Position numbers and translations under genes: made by a program
Notes under the pieces: model-generated
Seen by the model: the letters and a program-made list of their open reading frames with translations, nothing else
What the model was told of the DNA's origin: nothing
Databases searched by the model: none
Shown here: positions 19,025 through 27,162 of the stretch, in pieces
How the letters are laid out: every line of letters begins with the position of its first letter
How positions within the stretch are numbered: position 1 is the stretch's first letter
Source of the DNA: an uncultured Eubacteriales bacterium
GTDB taxonomy: Bacteria; Bacillota; Clostridia; Peptostreptococcales; Anaerovoracaceae
Assembly (NCBI GenBank): GCA_902797095.1
Contig: CADBRP010000222.1
Coordinates: 1 to 33,878, forward strand
DNA: 33,878 bases
Direction of reading: 5' to 3'

Positions 19025-20339
19025 AGATCCCCATGCGCTCTGCCTCGTAGCAGAGGCTGTCCCGGAAATCGGGATGCGCGATGGAGATCAGCATTTCAGT
19101 TCTTTCCCATGTATTCCGCCCCGCCAGGTTAATGGCGCCGTATTCCGTGACTATGAAATGAGCCTGGCTGCGGGGCGCTGTGATGATGTCCCCCTCGGTA
19201 AAGAAAGGCTGGATGCGGGAACGCACCGTCCCGTCTTTGTCCCTGTGCGTGGAATTCATCACCACGAAGGACTTGCCTCCCTCGCTCAGCACCGCGCCGG
19301 ACACAAAATCCAGCTGTCCGCCGGTGCCGGAGATCTGTCTGAGTCCCGAGGACTCGGAAGCGATCTGCCCGAACAGGTCCACGCTGACACAGGCGTTGAC
19401 TGAGATCAGATGATCGTTCTTAGCGATGACGGACGGGTCATTGATCACATCCAGCTGGCAGGATTCAAGGCCGGGATTCATATCCAGCCATTCATACAGC
19501 TCCTTTGTTCCCGCCGCCAGTCCGAACAGCCCTTTTCCCGGATGGTACGTCTTCCTTTTGTTGGTCAGCTTCCCCGCCTTGTACAGTTCATAGTAAGCGT
19601 TGGAGCACAGCTCTGTATGCATTCCCAGATCCTTCAGATCCGAATCCGCCAGCCTGGCTCCCAGCACATCAGGAAGCGCGCCGATCCCGAGCTGCAGGGT
19701 CGCGCCGTCTGTGATATAGGGCAGGATATGCTCCGCGATGGCGGCGTCCTCCGGCGTCGGCTCCTGCATGGGGATCTCCGCGAGAGGCCCGTGCTCACCC
19801 TCAACGACATAGTCCACATCGCTGATATGAATGATCTCCCCGCCTCCGCCGCAGACTCTGGGCATGCTCTCATTGACCTCCAGAATGATGATATCCGCCA
19901 TTTCGACGATCCCGCCGCAGGCGCCCGCTGTGCAGCTGAGGTTGAAATAACCGTGCCGGTCCATCGGAGCCGCGCAGAGCATGGCGACGTTGACCGTCAG
20001 ATAGTTTCTGTAGTACGCGTTCAGGTTTCTGTACAGCATGGGCGTGAAATTGCAGAGACCCCGCTCCACCAGCTTCCGCTCATACGCTGAACAGTGCCAT
20101 GTTGTATAGAAAAAATGCTCTCTCGAAGGATCGCACTCCGCGGTTTCGATCCGGAACGGAATAAGGTTTCCCCGCAGTTTTACACCGTAAAGCTCGTCCC
20201 TTCTCTCCGCCAGAGCTTTATCCAGCAAAGGCGGGAAGGTGTGAAACGCCCCGTAATCGATCCAGTCTCCGTTCTTCACCGCGCGGACCGCTTCCTGCGG
20301 CGTGCGAAGCCTGCTTTTGTATTCCTGATAATAGTCCAT
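19002..20339 (-). CDS. Acetyl-CoA hydrolase/transferase family; butyryl-CoA:acetate CoA-transferase-like
   Basis: EYKSRL.T.QEAV..VKNGDWIDYG, APMD.HGYFN, LQLGIGALP, LGMHTE (catalytic Glu), ISGTGGQLDF, VTEYG, IAHPDFR. Confidence 0.88.
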   Translation of the reverse strand: MDYYQEYKSRLRTPQEAVRAVKNGDWIDYGAFHTFPPLLDKALAERRDELYGVKLRGNLIPFRIETAECDPSREHFFYTTWHCSAYERKLVERGLCNFTPMLYRNLNAYYRNYLTVNVAMLCAAPMDRHGYFNLSCTAGACGGIVEMADIIILEVNESMPRVCGGGGEIIHISDVDYVVEGEHGPLAEIPMQEPTPEDAAIAEHILPYITDGATLQLGIGALPDVLGARLADSDLKDLGMHTELCSNAYYELYKAGKLTNKRKTYHPGKGLFGLAAGTKELYEWLDMNPGLESCQLDVINDPSVIAKNDHLISVNACVSVDLFGQIASESSGLRQISGTGGQLDFVSGAVLSEGGKSFVVMNSTHRDKDGTVRSRIQPFFTEGDIITAPRSQAHFIVTEYGAINLAGRNTWERTEMLISIAHPDFRDSLCYEAERMGIWKRSSRR

Positions 20340-20384
20340 ATTCCTGTCTCCATAAAATCCGCTGAATCAAATTCTGCCGAATAT

Positions 20385-20412
20385 ACCTTATCACAAATCG
20401 GTCTGCCGTCAA
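20385..20412 (-). promoter_or_regulatory. Possible sigma-A promoter of the CoA-transferase gene
   Basis: TTGACG - 16 nt - TG.TAAGGT (extended -10, imperfect). Confidence 0.45.
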
Positions 20413-20495
20413 GAACACACCGACCCTCCGCGGGCGGCGGAGGTGTTTTTCTTCCGCGGTTCCGCCGCAAAGGCAGGGCACAGAAATCAATGTAC

Positions 20496-20528
20496 AAAAA
20501 ACCGCGTGCCGGATCAGCACGCGGTTTT
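20496..20528 (-). terminator. Intrinsic terminator after ECF S component
   Basis: AAAACCGCGTGC...GCACGCGGTTTT inverted repeat followed by U-run. Confidence 0.8.
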
Positions 20529-20554
20529 CTCCTCTGAAAGATGTTATGGTTCTT

Positions 20555-21127
20555 TTAAGCCTTGTGCAGGAATCCGGAGATCCTCTTATACACAAGGAAT
20601 GTCACCAGCCCGTTGATGCCGGCTTTGATAACATTGAACGCGACGATAAAGGGCATCAGCTGCCAGACTACGCTTCTGGGCACGCCCATGAAGATCGGCG
20701 TGATCACCATGTTCGCTCCGATCATGACGATAGCCATGGCCGCGATACCGCACAGAACAGCGATCAGCGCGCTCTTTTTTGTCTTGTTTCTCCGATAGAT
20801 GACACCGGCTACGATGACCAGGGCGCTGGTGGCTATGATGTGCATCAGTATCCCGTATACGCCGCTTGCCGCGCTGACAGTCACGCCCTGAATAACAGAT
20901 GTGACGACTGTCAGGATAAATCCTGCCAGCGGACCGAAGGCAAATGTTCCGATCAGAATCGGTATATCGGCGGGGTCGTATTCAAGAAACGCCACCGCGG
21001 GAAAAATCGGGAAATGAATCAGAGCGACAAGCACGACCGACATGGCGACCAGCATCGCCATCTTCGCCAGGCGGATCGTCGTCATCTTCTGTGTTCCTGA
21101 TTCGATGTCTTTATTGTTCTGCGTCAT
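20555..21127 (-). CDS. ECF transporter S component (RibU-like)
   Basis: About 6 TM, AxxxA in helix 1, FLEYDPADIPILIGTFAFGP, PF..AFN.IK. Confidence 0.85.
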   Translation of the reverse strand: MTQNNKDIESGTQKMTTIRLAKMAMLVAMSVVLVALIHFPIFPAVAFLEYDPADIPILIGTFAFGPLAGFILTVVTSVIQGVTVSAASGVYGILMHIIATSALVIVAGVIYRRNKTKKSALIAVLCGIAAMAIVMIGANMVITPIFMGVPRSVVWQLMPFIVAFNVIKAGINGLVTFLVYKRISGFLHKA

Positions 21128-21171
21128 TTTGATTTTGCTCCTGATATCAGATGTTCCTTTTAAATTTGTGC

Positions 21172-21906
21172 TCAGCTGATCGGGGGAAGTCCCAGGATCC
21201 GTCCCGCGATCTCACGGAATGTCTCCTCTGCCGCGCCGTCCTCCTTGCAGACGGCAGGGATTCCCCTGTTTGTGGAAATCCGTATGTCGCTGTCCATTTC
21301 GATCATGCCGACCACAGGCGTATTGGTGCTGTTAACGATCGACGGCAGATCAGGGAGTATCCCGGCCCGCATAAGATCGGCATCCGCCTTATTGATCACC
21401 ATGCAGGTATCCCGAAGGCCTTTTTCCATCAGATACCCGGCAAGCGTGTCCGCGTCTCTGAGGGAAGCGATTTCCGGTTCAGTTACCAGCACCGCCCGCT
21501 GCGCGGCAGGCAGACAGGCATCCAGAAGGCCTCCCATTCCCGCTCCGCAGTCCAGGATGATAAAATCGAAGTACTTCGAAAGCGCGTCGCACAGCGCCGT
21601 CATATGGCGTTCTGTGATCCGCCGGTCATCTCTGCGCGGAGAAGCCGCCATGAAATAAAGGGAATCGAATCCGTCAACCTTGATGAGCGCTTTGTTCAGG
21701 CGGCAGATCCCGGACATGAAATCCATGATATTAAAAACGACCCTGTTCTCCATTCCGAGATACAGATCCATGTTTCTCATGCCAAGATCCATATCGATCA
21801 GCACAACTCTCTTGCCTTTTCTGGCAAGGAGCGCGCCGAAATTAACTGCAAACATGGTCTTGCCGGTTCCGCCTTTTCCCGATGCGATCAAAAAGATTTT
21901 TTTCAT
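21172..21906 (-). CDS. minD: MinD family ATPase (C-terminally short)
   Basis: SGKGGTGKT deviant Walker A, IDMDLGMRNMDLYLGMENRVVF, DCGAG, VTEPE..SLRDAD; ATG 21906 follows GGGGAG. Confidence 0.85.
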   Translation of the reverse strand: MKKIFLIASGKGGTGKTMFAVNFGALLARKGKRVVLIDMDLGMRNMDLYLGMENRVVFNIMDFMSGICRLNKALIKVDGFDSLYFMAASPRRDDRRITERHMTALCDALSKYFDFIILDCGAGMGGLLDACLPAAQRAVLVTEPEIASLRDADTLAGYLMEKGLRDTCMVINKADADLMRAGILPDLPSIVNSTNTPVVGMIEMDSDIRISTNRGIPAVCKEDGAAEETFREIAGRILGLPPIS

Positions 21907-21938
21907 GAACAACTCCCCTGCAACAACGTCCGCTTTCT

Positions 21939-21967
21939 ATTCTGCCTTGAAATTGTTTGTCCGTCAA
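21939..21967 (-). promoter_or_regulatory. Possible internal promoter for minD-ECF
   Basis: TTGACG - 17 nt - CAGAAT. Confidence 0.45.
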
Positions 21968-22033
21968 GTGAAAATACGCTGGGGCATGTGATTTCCAGAA
22001 CCTTCCTGCGCCTGTTTTCATCAGAGGGCGCGC

Positions 22034-22711
22034 TCACATCATGCCTTCAGCTTTCATGCTGATGTAGCTTCCGTCCCCAATCACGATATGGTCCAGAACC
22101 GGGATTCCCAGAAGTTCCCCGGTCCTCACCAGCCTCCTTGTGGTCTGGATATCCGCTTCGCTTGGAGCGGGATCCCCGCTGGGATGATTGTGCAGAAAAG
22201 CGACAGATCCCGCGTTTCTTCTGATGGCGTTGACGAATACTTCCCGGGGACCGGCGGCGGAGGAACAGATATCCCCTACCGACACCTCGTCCGCTTCTAT
22301 AATGTCTCCCTTGGCGCTGATCAGAAGGCATATGAAATGCTCCTTGCGGTAATAGCGCATTTTCTCCATGAACAGATCCGCGATATCCCTTGAGCTTTCG
22401 ATGCGGTCCGGTTTCCCCGGCTTCGCCGCCGCGATCCGCCTTCCCAGCTCCGCAGCCGCGAGAAGGGTACAGATCTTAGCGTCCCCTATTCCGCCTACAT
22501 TCCTCAGCTCCTCAGGCGTGCAGTCCGCGAGAAACCGTATCCCGTCCGGATGCAGCGACAGGATCTTCGACGCCAGGTCCATCGCCGATTCTCCCCTGCG
22601 TCCTGTCCCGATCAGTACAGCAAGCAGTTCCATTGCGGAAAGCGAAGCCGCTCCGTCTTTCAGAAGCTTTTCCCGCGGTTTTTCCCATTCAGGCAGTTCT
22701 CTGATATTCAT
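22034..22711 (-). CDS. radC: RadC/JAB-domain protein (long chromosomal form)
   Basis: KPREKL, ELLAVLIGTG, HhH GIGDAK, HNHPSG....S.AD, LDHIVIG; start at ATG 22711. Confidence 0.93.
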   Translation of the reverse strand: MNIRELPEWEKPREKLLKDGAASLSAMELLAVLIGTGRRGESAMDLASKILSLHPDGIRFLADCTPEELRNVGGIGDAKICTLLAAAELGRRIAAAKPGKPDRIESSRDIADLFMEKMRYYRKEHFICLLISAKGDIIEADEVSVGDICSSAAGPREVFVNAIRRNAGSVAFLHNHPSGDPAPSEADIQTTRRLVRTGELLGIPVLDHIVIGDGSYISMKAEGMM

Positions 22712-22781
22712 CCTTTTCCCCCTTTTGATCATAATTAGTTATAAAATACATATTTGTTATATATTGCCATATATGCTTCAT

Positions 22782-22808
22782 AAAAACACGGATTCCTCAT
22801 CCGTGTCT
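22782..22808 (-). terminator. Intrinsic terminator after nrdR-cmk
   Basis: ACACGGA...TCCGTGT stem followed by U-run on the minus strand. Confidence 0.65.
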
Positions 22809-22859
22809 TTATGGTTTTTCTTCTCTTTATTATACGGGTTCACCCCGCGTTCCGCGGGA

Positions 22860-23510
22860 TCATCCTACGATCTCGAGGATCTTCTCAACCACTTCGTCGA
22901 TGTCCATCTTTGTGGAATCGAGTTCAATGGCGTCATCCGCCTTGCGGAGAGGATTGAGTTCTCTGGTCATATCGCTGTGGTCGCGCTGTCTGATGTCCTC
23001 CAGAACCTCCTCATAGGTCTGCGTCTCGCCTTTTTCCTGGAGCTCCAGGAATCTGCGTCTGGCGCGTTCCTCAGCTGACGCTGTCAGGTAGATCTTGTAT
23101 TCGGCGTCCTTCAGGACATTGGTACCGATATCCCTTCCATCCATAATGACGCTTTTTCTCTGACCCATTGCCCGCTGGATATCCACCAGCTTTTCTCTGA
23201 CCGCGGGGATCTTTGAGCATACTGACGCCATCGTGGACATCTCCGGAGTCCGGATCTCCTCGTTCACGATCTCTCCGTCCAGGTAGATATTGCCGTCGGA
23301 AAAATCGATCTCTGTCGCGTCCAGCATCCGCGCGACAGCTTCAGGATCCTCCGGGGAAACTCCCTCTGTTTTCATTTTATATCCGATCGCCCGGTACATG
23401 GCTCCTGTGTCGATATAATCGATCCCGAGCTTTTTGGCGACATTTTTCGCGATGGTGCTTTTTCCTGCTCCGCTGGGTCCGTCGACCGCGATCCGGAATA
23501 TACGTTCCAT
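22860..23510 (-). CDS. cmk: Cytidylate kinase
   Basis: IAVDGPSGAGKST, DTGAMYR, MDGRDIGT, RD..D..R...PL. Confidence 0.96.
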   Translation of the reverse strand: MERIFRIAVDGPSGAGKSTIAKNVAKKLGIDYIDTGAMYRAIGYKMKTEGVSPEDPEAVARMLDATEIDFSDGNIYLDGEIVNEEIRTPEMSTMASVCSKIPAVREKLVDIQRAMGQRKSVIMDGRDIGTNVLKDAEYKIYLTASAEERARRRFLELQEKGETQTYEEVLEDIRQRDHSDMTRELNPLRKADDAIELDSTKMDIDEVVEKILEIVG

Positions 23511-23512
23511 AA

Positions 23513-23977
23513 TTACTGTCCTCTCTTGCTGGTAAGAAGCTTCTCCACTTCCTGCACGAATGTATTGACATCTGTAAACTGCCGGTAGACAGACGCGAAT
23601 CTGACATACGCGACCTCATCCAGCTCTCTCAGCCGGTCCATTACCAGTTCTCCGATGAAGGCGCTCTGGACTTCCTTCTCCATCATATTGTTCAGGCCGC
23701 GTTCGATCTCGTCAACGATATGCTCCATATCAGAAACCGAGACCGGTCTCTTCTCGCATGCCCGGATAATTCCGTTCAAAAGCTTGTTTCTGTCAAAAGC
23801 CTGCCTGCTGCCGTCCTTCTTGACGACCATCAGGATCATCTCTTCAACCTTTTCATAAGTGGTGAATCTTCTTCCGCAGGCCTCGCATTCCCTTCTTCTG
23901 CGGATAGCCTTCCCGTCCTCCGTGTGCCTGGAATCTATGACCTTACTGTCTTCATTCTCACAATACGGACATTTCAT
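23513..23977 (-). CDS. nrdR: Transcriptional repressor NrdR
   Basis: MKCPYC...VIDSR...IRRRRECxxC..RFTTYE zinc ribbon, ATP-cone, [10 protein letters not shown]; ATG 23977 after GGAGG. Confidence 0.96.
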   Translation of the reverse strand: MKCPYCENEDSKVIDSRHTEDGKAIRRRRECEACGRRFTTYEKVEEMILMVVKKDGSRQAFDRNKLLNGIIRACEKRPVSVSDMEHIVDEIERGLNNMMEKEVQSAFIGELVMDRLRELDEVAYVRFASVYRQFTDVNTFVQEVEKLLTSKRGQ

Positions 23978-24047
23978 TGTTTTACCTCCCGGTATCAAAA
24001 ACGGATTTTCTGTTTCCCTGGCTGATATTATCAAACTGATACAGATA

Positions 24048-24076
24048 ATTCTACTATATATTGTGGTTTTTGCCAA
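24048..24076 (-). promoter_or_regulatory. nrdR promoter with overlapping NrdR box (24051-24066)
   Basis: TTGGCA - 17 nt - TAGAAT; spacer holds CCACAATATATAGTAG, matching NrdR-box consensus acaCwAtATaTwGtgt. Confidence 0.75.
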
Positions 24077-24097
24077 GTGTTCTGTTTTGAAGAACAT

Positions 24098-24130
24098 AAA
24101 AGGACTGCCGCGCCCTCCGCGGCAGTCCTT
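24098..24130 (-). terminator. Intrinsic terminator after amino-acid symporter
   Basis: AAGGACTGCCGCG...CGCGGCAGTCCTT stem plus U-run. Confidence 0.8.
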
Positions 24131-24183
24131 CTGTATTCATCTGCGGCTTCAGGATCCGTCTGATCCCGCATTTAAAAGCCTTC

Positions 24184-25641
24184 CTATCTTACGTGGAAAT
24201 TCAGGTTCTCCTGATACTCTCCGGAATCCAGTCTGCGGAAGAAGTCCTTCGTCTCCGCCGCGACTACGCCGCTCAGAACGACCAGAGCGATCAGGTTAGG
24301 AGCAGCCATCAGCGCGTTGAAGATGTCGGCGATGGTCCATACCTGGCTCAGTGTCATGAAAGGTCCGATCAGAACCGCGAAGATGTATACCCAGCGATAG
24401 AACTGAATCGCGCCCTTGCTGCCGTTCGTCAGATAGTCGAAGCAGCGTTCCGCGTAGTAGTCCCAGCCGAGGATCGTAGTGAAAGCGAAGAACGCGAGCG
24501 CGGCCATGACAACGAACGCGCCGGCGGAGTTGGACCAGGGAAGTCCCATGCCGAACGCCAGCTGAGTTACAGCAGCTCCGTCGATGGACGCGTCAGTGAC
24601 AGCAACGTCATACGCGCCGGATACCATCAGGGTAAGACCTGTCATGGTACAGATGCAGATGGTGTCGATGAATGTACCTGTCATGGTTACCAGACCCTGA
24701 CGGACGCATTCATTTGTCTGCGCGGCAGCAGCCGCGATAGGAGCGGAACCGAGGCCCGCTTCGTTGGAGAAGATACCTCTCGCAACACCCTTCTGCAGAG
24801 CGATGAACATGGTTCCGACCACTCCGCCGGTAACCGCAGCCGGATTGAACGCGGCCACGACGATCTGTCCGACCGCGTGCGGAATGTCAGCAATATGATA
24901 AAAGATGATGCACAGGCATACGATTACGTACGCAACTGCCATGAACGGTACGATGATCGTGGTTACAGAAGCGATTCTTTTGATGCCGCCGATGATAACC
25001 AGCGCGGCGCAGCCCGCGACAACGATCGCTGTAATAACCGTTACGATAGAGAATTCTCCGCCGAACAGGTGCACAATGTGCTTCATCTCCGGATCGAAGA
25101 AGGAAACAGCCGAGTTCGCGATACCGTTAACCTGTGTGATGGTACCGATACCCAGCGCTCCGGCAAGCGCGCCGAAGAGCGCGAACAGCTTGCCCAGCCA
25201 TTTCCAGTTATGGCCGGTTCTTTCCTTCATGCCCTTCTCGATGTAGTAGAACGGTCCGCCGAGGAATGTTCCGTCTTCCTTCTGGATTCTGTACTTGATA
25301 GCCAGCAGACCTTCCGCGTACTTGGTAGCCATTCCGAGACACGCGGTGATAATCATCCAGAACAGCGCTCCGGGGCCGCCGGCAACGACAGCCGTCGCAA
25401 CACCGACGATATTACCGGTACCGATGGTCGCGGACAGCGCTGTCGCCAGCGCGCCGAAACTCGTAACTTCACCGGTTCCGCCCTCTTCATTGTGAACCAT
25501 GTACTTCAGAGCTTTGCCAAGTTTCCTGAACTGCAGAAGCTTCAGCCTGCATGTAAGCAGGATGCCCGTACCCAGGATCAGTACCATAAGGGGCACGCCC
25601 CATACTATACTGTCAACTGTGTCTAGAAATTGTGTGATCAT
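24184..25641 (-). CDS. Sodium:alanine/glycine symporter (AGCS/AlsT family)
   Basis: TIGTGNIVGVA, GGPGALFWM, GGPFYYI, RGIFSNEAGLGSAP, FIDTI.ICTMT, FAFTT, MAAPNL; ATG 25641 after AAGGAAG. Confidence 0.94.
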   Translation of the reverse strand: MITQFLDTVDSIVWGVPLMVLILGTGILLTCRLKLLQFRKLGKALKYMVHNEEGGTGEVTSFGALATALSATIGTGNIVGVATAVVAGGPGALFWMIITACLGMATKYAEGLLAIKYRIQKEDGTFLGGPFYYIEKGMKERTGHNWKWLGKLFALFGALAGALGIGTITQVNGIANSAVSFFDPEMKHIVHLFGGEFSIVTVITAIVVAGCAALVIIGGIKRIASVTTIIVPFMAVAYVIVCLCIIFYHIADIPHAVGQIVVAAFNPAAVTGGVVGTMFIALQKGVARGIFSNEAGLGSAPIAAAAAQTNECVRQGLVTMTGTFIDTICICTMTGLTLMVSGAYDVAVTDASIDGAAVTQLAFGMGLPWSNSAGAFVVMAALAFFAFTTILGWDYYAERCFDYLTNGSKGAIQFYRWVYIFAVLIGPFMTLSQVWTIADIFNALMAAPNLIALVVLSGVVAAETKDFFRRLDSGEYQENLNFHVR

Positions 25642-25696
25642 AGCAGTAACTTCCTTTCCTGTAACAGATGAAAATGATGAAATAGGGAATAAATAC

Positions 25697-25727
25697 AAAA
25701 GCCGGTAATAATGCTATTAACGGCTTT
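25697..25727 (-). terminator. Riboswitch expression-platform terminator
   Basis: AAAGCCG.TAATA...TATTA.CGGCTTTT hairpin with U-rich tail between aptamer and symporter start. Confidence 0.65.
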
Positions 25728-25763
25728 CTCTAAAGAGTTTTTAACTGAAACAAAACGGTCCCG

Positions 25764-25867
25764 CTCTGTCCTTTTGCCTGAGAGATTGTCGGCGGACGGT
25801 AGAAGCCGATGTCTTCAGCTTCTGCCGCCGAGGTACACCTTCGGCGCTCGTTAGAGACTCTCCAGAG
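25764..25867 (-). ncRNA. Glycine riboswitch (single aptamer)
   Basis: Minus strand CTCTGGAGAG...CGCCGAAGGTG...CTCTCAGGCAAAAGGACAGAG, upstream of an AGCS symporter. Confidence 0.92.
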
Positions 25868-25930
25868 AAATCGGGTCCATGGTATCCATCATCTAAAAAA
25901 ACTGTGCGGTGAATCCATAAATCCGATTTC

Positions 25931-25959
25931 ATAATAGCACACCGCACAGAGCTCTTCAA
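25931..25959 (-). promoter_or_regulatory. Sigma-A promoter of riboswitch/symporter transcript
   Basis: TTGAAG - 17 nt - TG.TATTAT. Confidence 0.65.
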
Positions 25960-26030
25960 TATTTTCTAAATATTAATATTGTATACATGGAACCGGTCTC
26001 ATTCTGAAACGCGCAGTCTCCCGGCCTCCA

Positions 26031-27107
26031 TTATTTTTTCTTCTTTTCCACCGCGTTTTCCATCAGGAAGTCGATTACATTCTTGTACTGAAGGTTGATA
26101 TGAGCGTATTCATCCATCGTACGTCCCGTATACTCCTTCACCGACTCGTCATCGTAACCCTGCTGCTTGATATTCTCTATCAGGGCCTCCTTGTCCTTGT
26201 CGGTATATGTCAGCTTCTCCTTGTCAGCGATGTATTCCACCAGCATCTCCTGCTTGATCAGACCCTTGGCGCTGTCTTCGATCAGGGCATCCACTTTCTT
26301 TTCGTCATCCGTTCCGTAATACTGCTTGAGAAGCTCGCTGCGTTCCATTCCGTACTGTTCGGCCATGGAATCGATCTGCTTGCTGTATACTTCCTTGTAT
26401 GCTTTCAGTTCCGTCTCAGGATACTTGCTGACCTTTGTTTCCGCCAGCAGATCCGACCAGAGCGAGGTCCGCTGCTCATTCTTGGCCTGCTCTTCCTTCT
26501 CGCTTTTGATCTGCTTCCTCAGGTTCTTTTCGTATTCCGCCTTGGACTTGTAGTCCGTATTCTTCTTCACATATTCCTCTGTGTATTCCGGAACATCCTT
26601 TCTGGTGGCGGATTTGATGGTGACGTCAAAAACAACATCCTTGCCCGCATATTCCGCTTTTCCGTAATCCTTCGGGAACTTCAGGTTAAGGGAGACCTTT
26701 TCGCCGACCTTCTTCCCGATCAGCCCGTCTTCAAACCCGTCGATGAACGTGTCGCTGCCGAGTTCCAGATCGAAATCCTTCGCGGATCCGTTTTCGAAAG
26801 CCTTTCCGTCGATCTTTCCTTCATAATCGATTTTGGCGGTGTCGCCTTCCTCCAGTTCATCTCCCTTTTTCAGTTTCTGGTCCTTGCCGGCCGACTGCAG
26901 ACCCTGCTGCACTCTCTCCAGTACATCGGCGTCTGTGACCTTGATCTCATACGGCTCGATCTCCAGCCCTTTGTATTCCGGAACCTTCAGATAGTCGTCC
27001 AGATTCAGCCCCTGATAAGGCGCCTTCTCCCCGCACGAGCTCATGCCCAGGCAGATCCCGCAGATCAATACAACGCAGAAACCAGTAAACAGCAATCTCT
27101 TTTTCAT
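26031..27107 (-). CDS. Trigger-factor-like FKBP PPIase, predicted lipoprotein
   Basis: Signal peptide ending GMSS-C; YKGLEI linker, FKBP domain IDYEGKIDG.AF.NG...LELGS..FIDGFEDGLIG...FPKDY, trigger-factor C domain; no ribosome-binding GFRxG motif. Confidence 0.85.
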   Translation of the reverse strand: MKKRLLFTGFCVVLICGICLGMSSCGEKAPYQGLNLDDYLKVPEYKGLEIEPYEIKVTDADVLERVQQGLQSAGKDQKLKKGDELEEGDTAKIDYEGKIDGKAFENGSAKDFDLELGSDTFIDGFEDGLIGKKVGEKVSLNLKFPKDYGKAEYAGKDVVFDVTIKSATRKDVPEYTEEYVKKNTDYKSKAEYEKNLRKQIKSEKEEQAKNEQRTSLWSDLLAETKVSKYPETELKAYKEVYSKQIDSMAEQYGMERSELLKQYYGTDDEKKVDALIEDSAKGLIKQEMLVEYIADKEKLTYTDKDKEALIENIKQQGYDDESVKEYTGRTMDEYAHINLQYKNVIDFLMENAVEKKKK

Positions 27108-27162
27108 GTCTTTTCTCTCCTGTATCAGATTATTTCAACAGCATTATACTATAGAAGTATGT

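Noticed and set aside
21128-21171. FMN riboswitch ahead of the RibU-like S component
   Set aside because: Only 44 nt intergenic and no FMN motifs, so the substrate is not assigned
22034-22800. radC as a mobile-element marker or SOS-regulated gene
   Set aside because: Long chromosomal form in housekeeping context; no GAAC-N4-GTTC box seen upstream
24193-25626. 477-aa plus-strand ORF
   Set aside because: Antisense shadow of the symporter explained by codon bias; no recognisable motifs
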